A stretch of 20,000 nt of DNA. It comes from an uncultured virus (IMG/VR IMGVR_UViG_2061766007_000208). Taxonomy: Duplodnaviria; Heunggongvirae; Uroviricota; Caudoviricetes. Shown in pieces: positions 8,960-16,621 of this stretch. Location of the stretch: the IMG/VR virus record IMGVR_UViG_2061766007_000208. One strand, 5' to 3'. The translations under genes were made by a program, and so were the position numbers. The notes under the pieces are model-generated. The model did no database searches. It had not been told where the DNA came from and was given only the letters and a program-made list of their open reading frames with translations. Numbering within the stretch: the stretch's first letter is position 1; the number at the start of each line of letters is the position of its first letter.

Positions 8960-10824
8960 GTGGGCAAATATCGAGATGAAATAGAGCGTTTTATTTATGA
9001 GATCTGCTACCAGCCCATTTGGGCAGCTATATCAGAATATGTATCCCAGCACCTTTCGCTTCTGGATCTGACCTACTCCCGTGTTAAGTATCCCGACTCT
9101 GCTTACGTGGAGGATATGCTGCTGGAATTCACAAAAAACATTCGAATTGACGAAGACACCTTATCGTTTGATGCTGTCGTCAGCTGCACGATGAATCTGA
9201 CGGGAGAAAACTATCGTGGGACTGCTTCCTGTGATTTATCTCAATGGTTTCTTGTTTCCTGCGAGGCAGTGATTGAAGATAAGCTCAAATCACTGAATAT
9301 CACAAATGTCTGGCAATACACTCCCGGCCTGCGAACACAAAGCGATGGACAGGCGGTTTCTAAAAACATCGTACCCATCCTGTATAAAAAAGATTTAGAA
9401 GCGGAGGCTTCTTCCTTTTTGGAGAAATACTGTCCAGAAGCTCTTGAGACGCCTATGCCGGTTCCCATTGCTGAGATTGCTAAGACAATGGGCCTTGAAG
9501 TTGTCGAAGGTCACCGCATTACTGATGACTTCAGCATATTCGGAGAAATCTACTTCTCTCCGGGAAGGGCCGAAGTATATGACCTTTTCCAGTGCAGCTT
9601 GCAGGAGATCGTTGTACGTCGCGGTACCATTCTTATTGACGCATACACGTATTGGGAACGTAACCTCGGCTGTGTAAAAAACACGATTGCACACGAGGTC
9701 TATCACTGGCATAAGCATCGCATGTATGCAGCGATCAGGTACATTCTTTATGGCAAAGACTATGTTGCCTGCCGGTGCCCATCGAACATGGTTTACCCCG
9801 ATAAAGAAGCAGAATGGACTGACGAGCAGCGTATGGAATGGCAGGCCAACAGCATAGCTCCCCGCATTCTGATGCCTCTTCGTCCATTCCAGATGAAGGT
9901 TGACGAGCTGTATAAAAGGTATGACTATCAGAACACTCCTCTGAAGATCGCCGTACTTACATGCATCGCTGATGACCTTGCCAAGTTCTACGGAGTCTCG
10001 CGCCAGTCTGCATTGATCCGGATGATGGAAACCGGGTATAAAGAGGCCGCAAGCGTATACAATTATGATTCTGGCTCGCCGTTCCATAACTACGTCAGTC
10101 AGAGTGATGCTTTCTACGCGTATTGCACTGACAGCGAGTTCCGTAAGCTGGTCGATTCAGGCCTGTTCCGCTATGTCAACGGCTACTTCGTTGTGGACGA
10201 TGANNNNNNNNNNNNNNNNNNNNNNNNNNNNNNNNNNNNNNNNNNNNNNNNNNNNNNNNNNNNNNNNNNNNNNNNNNNNNNNNGCAGACCGTACGCCCCT
10301 CTCCGACAGAAAAACGGTTCCCGGATGTTATCTTGCATCGCGCCAACGCCGACCGGAAAGTTTCCAAATATGATGCAAGCCAGAACTCCGACGTCATTAA
10401 GATGTCTGAGGAACTCCGTCATAAGCGCGAGGAATTTGAGCGCCAGAATGCAGCGAGAAAAATCACCGGATTAAACAAAACCTGTTGGCAGCTTATCTTT
10501 GAGATCCTTGAGTCTCGTGGTATGAGCAAATCTCATTTCTGTAGTTTGACTGATCTTGGAGAGGAAGTATTTCGTAAAGCGGAAAAGAATATCGACACTA
10601 AACCAAGCATCCGAACTATTGTTTCTATCGGTAGAGGCCTTGATCTGGATATAGGAACAGTTGAAACACTCATGCGTCTCGCAGGCCACGCCTTTGACGA
10701 GTCTGATGAGCATCAGGCTCTTAAGTTTTGTATAACCGGCTTTCCCGGTGGAACAATTGCTGACGCTAATGAGTTTCTTGAATCATATAATTTTGCCCCA
10801 TTGGGTAGTCAACAACGTAGATAA
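8960..10824 (+). CDS. ImmA/IrrE-family metallopeptidase with a probable C-terminal Xre-like HTH; one gene interrupted by the gap at 10204-10283
   Basis: TIAHEVYHW (HExxH), MEWQANSIAPRILMP, LAKFYGVSRQSALIRM. After the gap another frame gives ILESRGMSKSHFCSLTDLGEEVFRKAE...PSIRTIVSIGRGLDL. AAGGAGG RBS before GTG. Confidence 0.82.
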
Positions 10825-10834
10825 CCACACCATT

Positions 10835-10868
10835 AAGCCGTGCATCCAACCGGATGTGCGGCTTTTTT
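10835..10868 (+). terminator. Intrinsic terminator after the immA-like gene
   Basis: AAGCCGTGCATCC-AACC-GGATGTGCGGCTT followed by a T run. Confidence 0.75.
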
Positions 10869-10876
10869 AAATTTTT

Positions 10877-11040
10877 CCGACTCGACGAGTCGGGTCTAAG
10901 ACAGTTTCTTTTTATCAGAATCCTTCTATATCAACGCTGGTCATGCTGATCAGCGTCCTTTTTTATCCTTTTTCCTTTGAAAAACGCTAAATAATCGCGA
11001 CTTGCCGAGTTTTTACGAAAATAAATCAAGCGCGTATATT
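10877..11040 (+). promoter_or_regulatory. Operator-like palindromes and promoter for the sigma/replication operon
   Basis: Perfect palindrome CCGACTCG-A-CGAGTCGG at 10877-10893. Degenerate copy CGACTTGCCGAGT at 10998-11010 abuts TTTACG (11012-11017)-17 nt-TATATT (11035-11040). Confidence 0.55.
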
Positions 11041-11117
11041 TGCAATAGCACATGGGAGCTGACTGCGCAGGGTGTTTCCCGGTTCCATGTGACTTAACTG
11101 AAAATCAAATCTGCACA

Positions 11118-11238
11118 GACCACCGGAAGCGATGTGCAGCCGAAATGGAGTAATCCATTGGGCTGCTATCGCTACCGCGTGGTCTTAAGGTGCATGTCTG
11201 GGGAGCTCTCCATTTCGGCAAAAGCCGAAGGAGGGCTT
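11118..11238 (+). promoter_or_regulatory. Structured 5' leader with an RBS-sequestering hairpin and an alternative pairing
   Basis: Long stem 11118-11184. Hairpin 11203-11238 covers GAAGGAGG. GCCGAAATGGAG (11139-11150) is the exact reverse complement of CTCCATTTCGGC (11208-11219). Confidence 0.6.
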
Positions 11239-11243
11239 TCTTT

Positions 11244-11756
11244 ATGACAAACAAAGTAAACCAGAGTAAACGTATCTATCTCAAGGCCACCCGTCAGTGG
11301 GTGGAGGTCTCGGAGGAATACTACCGCGACCATGCCCGTCACTACGACGCGTTCCGGAAGCGCCAGCAGTCTCATGGACAGTGTGTTTGTCCGAAGAACA
11401 AGTTCTGGCTCTGTGATGGCGATTGCTTCAATTGCGAATTTCATCGTGCCGGTGACCAGCTTTCTCTCGACTTCACCACTGAAAACGAAGAAGGCGATGT
11501 TTGTTCTCCGCTGGATGCCCTCGCGGATCTGTCTCCGTCTGTTGAAGAGGTTGTCTGCGACAAGGCCGAGCTGGACCAGCTCTTTGACCGCCTGAACAAC
11601 CTGATGCCGGAAGCGGTGCAGATCGGTAAGCTCCGTCAGCAGGGTCTATCCGATGAGGCGATTGCTAAGATCATCGGCATCAAGCGCACCACGTTCCTGT
11701 CTCGCCTGAAGAAAGCCAAGGAGCAGCTTGCCGCTGACTATCCTGATCTCTTCTAA
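11244..11756 (+). CDS. Sigma-70 region-4 domain protein with a Cys-rich N-terminal motif (allele 1)
   Basis: CVCPKNKFWLCDGDCFNCEF, LSLD, C-terminal HTH GLSDEAIAKIIGIKRTTFLSRLKKAK; GAAGGAGG RBS. Confidence 0.8.
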   Translation: MTNKVNQSKRIYLKATRQWVEVSEEYYRDHARHYDAFRKRQQSHGQCVCPKNKFWLCDGDCFNCEFHRAGDQLSLDFTTENEEGDVCSPLDALADLSPSVEEVVCDKAELDQLFDRLNNLMPEAVQIGKLRQQGLSDEAIAKIIGIKRTTFLSRLKKAKEQLAADYPDLF

Positions 11757-11766
11757 TAATGTATGG

Positions 11767-11799
11767 CTCCGGCTGCCGACATGGTGGCCGGAGTTTTTT
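11767..11799 (+). terminator. Intrinsic terminator after the sigma-like gene; second copy at 14410-14441, partial copy at ~13833-13849
   Basis: CTCCGGCTGCC-GACAT-GGTGGCCGGAG followed by TTTTTT. Confidence 0.7.
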
Positions 11800-11817
11800 C
11801 AAAAAAGTTCGTCCTTC

Positions 11818-11849
11818 CTTCGTCAAACCGCCTGCCTCACCTCCAGTGG
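11818..11849 (+). promoter_or_regulatory. Bipartite motif CTTCGTCAAA-N9-TCACCTCCAGTGG, candidate promoter for the element-encoded sigma factor
   Basis: Recurs at 14461-14492, 14539-14570 and 19207-19238 with the same spacing but three different spacer sequences, always just upstream of an RBS and gene. Confidence 0.6.
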
Positions 11850-11897
11850 GAAGTGTAAGGAGCACAAAACGACAAGCTCCGGACGGGAGGTAATGGT

Positions 11898-12058
11898 ATG
11901 CAAAGCATCCACAACAAGAGCCCTGCGGATGAGGAAGCCATCGAAGTGCTGATCGCTATCAGCGACGTATCCGCAAGGCTGGCAAGGAAACTCGCGGTCC
12001 TTGCCGCACAACGACAATCCGAGGAAGGAGGAAAACGACATGAGCAAAATGAACGACA
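11898..12058 (+). CDS. Small hypothetical protein (MQSIHNKSPADEE...); alleles at 14620-14769 and 14785-14934
   Basis: GGGAGG RBS. Protein conserved across three copies. End lies in a gap. Confidence 0.6.
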
Positions 12059-12348
12059 NNNNNNNNNNNNNNNNNNNNNNNNNNNNNNNNNNNNNCTGGC
12101 TGACCACAGCCTTCAGCAGTGATCCAGAGACGGAAGCGGCACCCGTACCTACACCCGCTGCCAAGGAGCCGGAACCGGTACTCGCGTTTGAAGAGGTCCG
12201 CGCCATTCTGGCAGACAAATCCCGCGAGGGCTTCACCGCCCAGATCCGGGAACTGCTGCAGAAGTACGGTGCCAGCAAGCTCTCCGAGGTGGACCCGGCA
12301 CACTACAAATCACTGATCAAGGATGTGGAGGGCCTGAGCAATGGGTAA
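12040..12348 (+). CDS. Conserved phage hypothetical protein (MSKMND...VRAILADKSREGFTAQIRELLQKYGASKLSEVD); allele at 14927-15255
   Basis: GAAGGAGG RBS. Typical small gene preceding DUF2800 in these replication modules. Overlaps the next start codon. Confidence 0.7.
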   Translation: MSKMNDXXXXXXXXXXXXXWLTTAFSSDPETEAAPVPTPAAKEPEPVLAFEEVRAILADKSREGFTAQIRELLQKYGASKLSEVDPAHYKSLIKDVEGLSNG

Positions 12349-12826
12349 TCACGCACTTCTCTCCGCATCCTCATCCCACCGGTGGCTGAACTGCCCACCC
12401 TCCGCACGGCTCTGCGAGAGCTACGACGACAAGGGCAGCAACTTCGCCGCCGAGGGCAGTGATGCCCACNNNNNNNNNNNNNNNNNNNNNNNNNNNNNNN
12501 NNNNNNNNNNNNNNNNNNNNNNNNNNNNNNNNNNNNNNNNNNNNNNNATACGTGCAGTCCGGCTTTGGCACCGGCGACTGCGTCCTGATCGCTGATGGGA
12601 CCTTGCACATCGTGGATTTCAAATATGGTCGCGGTGTGCTGGTGGAGGCCGAGNNNNNNNNNNCAAGAAGACCTGCAGCGATCCGGTGGTCCTGATCGAG
12701 CAGCGCCTTGACTACTCCAAGTACGTGCAGTCTGGCTTTGGGACCGGCGACTGCGTCCTGATCGCTGACGGCACCCTGCACATCGTGGATTTCAAATATG
12801 GTCGCGGTGTGCTGGTGGAGGCCGAG
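12341..12826 (+). CDS. DUF2800 / Cas4-like PD-(D/E)XK nuclease, fragments of several alleles; also 15248-15429
   Basis: HALLSASSSHRWLNCPPSARL, AAEGSDAH, IEQRLDYS, GFGTGDCVLIADGTLHIVDFKYGRG. Confidence 0.8.
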
Positions 12827-13158
12827 NNNNNNNNNNCCAAGTCTCCCAGATTTGACGGGTTTTGGGGCCTTGACAGGTATCCCAACTTCATCCGGTAGGA
12901 TATACGCAGAAGACGAGAGAGCGCGTTATCTGGGCAAAGACCGACTATACCTTTTAATTATATCACTCAGATATGTGTNNNNNNNNNNNNNNNNNNNNNN
13001 NNNNNNNNNNNNNNNNNNNNNNNNNNNNNNNNNNNNNNNNNNNNNNNNNNNNNNNNNNNNNNNNNNNNNCCAATGTGATCGGTCCGAGTGCACAGAAAGG
13101 ATCTGTTCGCCACGGCGGTGACGCTGACAACTGAATAGAAAACCAGCACGCGAACAGC

Positions 13159-13294
13159 TGGACGCAATCTGAAGCGGAGACTTAGTTCTCCTGCTACGGG
13201 TGGGATTTTTGCGTCCATTTTGCCGCTGGCACCCATACGGGCTCTCCGCTTCTCCACAACCTCAGCGGTCGTGGGGCCAGAGGAGGGCCCGTAT
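13159..13294 (+). promoter_or_regulatory. Structured 5' leader of sigma allele 2, same architecture as 11118-11238
   Basis: Outer stem TGGACGCAA/TTGCGTCCA. ATACGGGCTCTCC (13235-13247) pairs with GGAGGGCCCGTAT (13282-13294) over the RBS. GAAGCGGAGA (13171-13180) is complementary to TCTCCGCTTC (13243-13252). Confidence 0.6.
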
Positions 13295-13295
13295 T

Positions 13296-13820
13296 ATGAA
13301 GAACTTTGACAACCAGAGTAAATCCAAGCGCATCTACGACAAGCAGACTAAGACATGGTTCGAGGTCTCACCCGAAGAGTACAAGCAGTTCGATACATGG
13401 CGCACCAATCTCCGGAAGCGTGAGCAGTATCATCACCGCTGCATGTGCCCCAGAAATAAGTGGTGGCTCTGCGACGGCATGTGCGACGACTGTGAATTCC
13501 ATGCAGCCGGTGACATCCTTTCTCTTGATGCGACCACCACCAACGACGAGGGTGACGAGGTCCGTTTGCTGGACAGATTTGCCAGCCCTGAGTCCAACCT
13601 GAACGATATCATCCTTGATCAGATTCTGATGCAGCAGCTCCTGAAACGTCTGGCCGAGCTCATGCCGGAGGCGGCTGAAATCGGGCAGCTCCGCCTTCAG
13701 GGACTGAAGGATGACGATATTGCAGACATCATCGGTGTGAAGAGAACCACCTTCCGCTCCCGGATCGAAAAGGCCAGAGCCAAGCTCCGGGAAGAATACG
13801 GCGAAGACTTCTATTTCTAA
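13296..13820 (+). CDS. Sigma-70 region-4 domain protein (allele 2)
   Basis: MKNFDNQSKSKRIYD, CMCPRNKWWLCDGMCDDCEF, HTH GLKDDDIADIIGVKRTTFRSRIEKA; AGGAGG RBS. Confidence 0.8.
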   Translation: MKNFDNQSKSKRIYDKQTKTWFEVSPEEYKQFDTWRTNLRKREQYHHRCMCPRNKWWLCDGMCDDCEFHAAGDILSLDATTTNDEGDEVRLLDRFASPESNLNDIILDQILMQQLLKRLAELMPEAAEIGQLRLQGLKDDDIADIIGVKRTTFRSRIEKARAKLREEYGEDFYF

Positions 13821-13874
13821 TATGTACCCCTGCTCCGGCTGCCGTCATGNNNNNNNNNNCAGGAGGAAATCAAA

Positions 13875-14387
13875 ATGCAAAACAAGGCAAATCAAAGCAA
13901 GCGCATCTATGACAAACAGACCAAGACGTGGTTTGAGGTAACCCCGGAGCAGTACAAAGAGTTTGATACTTGGCGGACCAACCTTCGGAAGCGGGAGCAG
14001 TATCATCACCGCTGCATGTGCCCCAGAAGTAAATGGTGGCTGTGTGACGGAATGTGCGATGACTGCGAGTACCACGCTCCCGGCGACATTCTCTCGCTGG
14101 ATATGCCGACCAGCAGCGACGACGGCGATGAGGTCACCCTGCTCGACATGCTGGAGGACCCAGCACCTTCCATTGAAGAAGTCATCTGCGACAAAGCCGA
14201 GCTCGATCAGCTCTATGAGCGTCTTAACCAGCTGATGCCGGAGGCCGTTGAGATCGGCAGGCTCCGGCAAAAGGGACTGACCGACGAGGCCATTGCCAAG
14301 ATCGTCGGCATCAAGCGCACTACCTTCCGATCCCGGTTGGAGAAGGCTAAGGCCCAGCTCGCTGCTGAGTATCCGGACCGCTTCTAA
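13875..14387 (+). CDS. Sigma-70 region-4 domain protein (allele 3)
   Basis: CMCPRSKWWLCDGMCDDCEY, HTH GLTDEAIAKIVGIKRTTFRSRLEKAK; AGGAGG RBS. Confidence 0.8.
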   Translation: MQNKANQSKRIYDKQTKTWFEVTPEQYKEFDTWRTNLRKREQYHHRCMCPRSKWWLCDGMCDDCEYHAPGDILSLDMPTSSDDGDEVTLLDMLEDPAPSIEEVICDKAELDQLYERLNQLMPEAVEIGRLRQKGLTDEAIAKIVGIKRTTFRSRLEKAKAQLAAEYPDRF

Positions 14388-15784
14388 CCTTTTTTAATAG
14401 ATACCCCTGCTCCGGCTGCCGCAATGGTGGCCGGAGTTTTTCTAAAAAAGTTCATCCTTCCTTCGTCAATCCGCCTGCCTCACCTCCAGTGGGAAGTGTA
14501 AGGAGCACAAAACGACAAGCNNNNNNNNNNTCGTTTTCCTTCGTCAATCGGCACCCCTCACCTCCAGTGGGAAGTGTAAGGAGCACAGAACGACACGCTC
14601 CGGATTGGAGGTAACCGACATGTACGGGATTCACAACAAGAGCCCCGCGGATGAGGAAGTCATCGACGTGCTGATCGCCATCAGCCATGTATCCGCAAGG
14701 CTGGCAAGGAAGCTCACGGTCCTTGCCGCGCAACGACAATCCGAGGAAGGAGGAAAACGACATGAGCAANNNNNNNNNNACGGTATGCAAAGCATCCACA
14801 ACAAGAGCCCTGCGGATGAGGAAGTCATCGACGTGCTGATCGCCATCAGTCATGTATCCGCAAGGCTGGCAAGGAAACTCGCGATCCTTGCCGCGCAACG
14901 ACAATCCGAGGAAGGAGGAAAACGACATGAGCAANNNNNNNNNNTGGCACAGGCCATCGAAGAACTCCGCAACGCTGCTGCCGCTATTAACGACATCGCC
15001 AACTGGCTGACCGAGGCCTTCAGCAGTGATCCGGAGACTGAGGCGGCACCCGCGCCTGCACCCGCTGCCAAGGAACCGGAACCGGTTCTCGCCTTTGAGG
15101 ACGTCCGCGCCATTCTGGCTGACAAGTCCCGCGAGGGCTTCACCGCCCAGATTCGGGAGCTGCTTCAGAAGTATGGTGCCAGCAAGCTCTCCGAGGTGGA
15201 CGCCAAGCACTACAAGGCGCTGATCGCGGATGTGGAGGGCCTGAGCAATGGGTAATCATGCACTCCTCTCTGCATCCTCAAGCCACCGGTGGCTGAACTG
15301 CCCACCCTCCGCACGTCTCTGCGAGGGCTACGACGACAAGGGTAGCAACTTCGCCGCTGAGGGCAGTGACGCCCACAGTCTCTGTGAGTACAAGCTCCGG
15401 AAGGCGCTGGGCATGGAGGCTAAGGACCCNNNNNNNNNNNNNNNNNNNNNNNNNNNNNNNNNNNNNNNNNNNNNNNNNNNNNNNNNNNNNNNNNNNNNNN
15501 NNNNNNNNNNNNNNNNNNNNNNNNNNNNNNNNNNNNNNNNNNNNNNNNNNNNNNNNNNNNNNNNNNNNNNNNNNNNNNNNNNNNNNNNNNNNNNNNNNNN
15601 NNNNNNNNNNNNNNNNNNNNNNNNNNNNNNNNNNNNNNNNNNNNNNNNNNNNNNNNNNNNNNNNNNNNNNNNNNNNNCTTTCCATTGCCGGTACCTCCTT
15701 AATCCAAGAAGTCGTCCGCGTCGTCGGTGGCGAAGTCGGAAGCAGCGCTGGCNNNNNNNNNNCGCGTTCATGGCGCGTACCTCC

Positions 15785-16284
15785 TCAGTCCAAGAAGTCG
15801 TCCGCGTCGTCGGTGGCGAAGTCGGAAGCAGCGCTGGCTTTACCGCCGAGAGGCTCGCCGTCACGAATCTTCTGCAGGTTGTTCAGGCCGCAAGCGATGC
15901 CCTTGTTGCCGTTCGAGTTGAAGGCGTAGAAGCTGATGCTGGCGCGGCCATAGACACCGGAGTAGACCTCGGAGCGGGACAGGATCGGGTTGCAGTCGGC
16001 ATCCACGATACCCGGCGCGGTGGCGGAGTTGGCATTGATGAAGTAGGCGTTGGCGTAGGCCGGATCATCCGGACGCTCGGTGTCGCCATCTCGGAGCGGC
16101 GTCTTAATCGCGGTCAGAGGCGGGACGGAGCGACCGTTACCCTTGAGCTTGGCCTGACCCTCCTCGTAGGCGGCCTGAATGGCGGCCTTGATCTTCTCGA
16201 CCGTGACCTTATCGGACTTGGGGACGATCAGGGAGACAGAGAACTTCGGGGTGCCGCCGTTGATGGACTTGGCCTCCCAGACGT
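15785..16284 (-). CDS. DUF2815 family phage ssDNA-binding protein (gp2.5-like); gap-bounded and probably inverted. Second allele tail at 15698-15752
   Basis: VWEAKSINGGTPKFSVSLIVPKSD, PLRDGD, YFINANS, VYSGVYGRASISFYAFNSNGNKGIACGLNNLQK, acidic tail DFATDDADDFLD. Confidence 0.85.
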
Positions 16285-16299
16285 NNNNNNNNNNCGACA

Positions 16300-16497
16300 A
16301 TGGAAAACACAGTTATGATCTCGTCCCTTCTCTGCAACATCCTGATCGGCAGCTTCAGCATCGTCGTCTTGACGTGGGCTGCGGTGGGAATCCAGACGCT
16401 CTTCAATGACCGCAAGGAGGAAAAGCGTAAGGAAGCCTCCGAGGCCCGTGATCTGGAATATCACGAGAAGCGCATGAAGGAGCTCGACAGAAAGTAA
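16300..16497 (+). CDS. Small single-pass membrane hypothetical protein
   Basis: 65 aa with a hydrophobic N-half and a charged C-half, directly upstream of the polymerase fragments. Confidence 0.6.
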   Translation: MENTVMISSLLCNILIGSFSIVVLTWAAVGIQTLFNDRKEEKRKEASEARDLEYHEKRMKELDRK

Positions 16498-16621
16498 TCA
16501 CAAGCCAGCGGGTGGTGGGAGCAATCCTGCCACCCTGTTGGCNNNNNNNNNNNNNNNNNNNNNNNNNNNNNNNNNNNNNNNNNNNNNNNNNNNNNNNNNN
16601 NNNNNNNNNNNNNNNNNNNNN

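Noticed and set aside
9395..10087. 230-aa antisense ORF, and similar shadow ORFs such as 16498-17529 and 14452-15210
   Set aside because: They lie opposite well-supported genes and show no recognisable motifs.
12837..12978. Isolated fragment containing TTGACA, a possible promoter or ncRNA
   Set aside because: The spacing to any -10-like hexamer is poor and the fragment is gap-bounded. It is probably intergenic DNA from another allele and cannot be assigned.
14461..14934. Repeated units resembling a CRISPR array or tandem repeat near a Cas4-like gene
   Set aside because: The repeats are gap-separated alleles of the same promoter and small ORF with no unique spacers. DUF2800 is a stand-alone phage nuclease and no cas1/cas2 is present.
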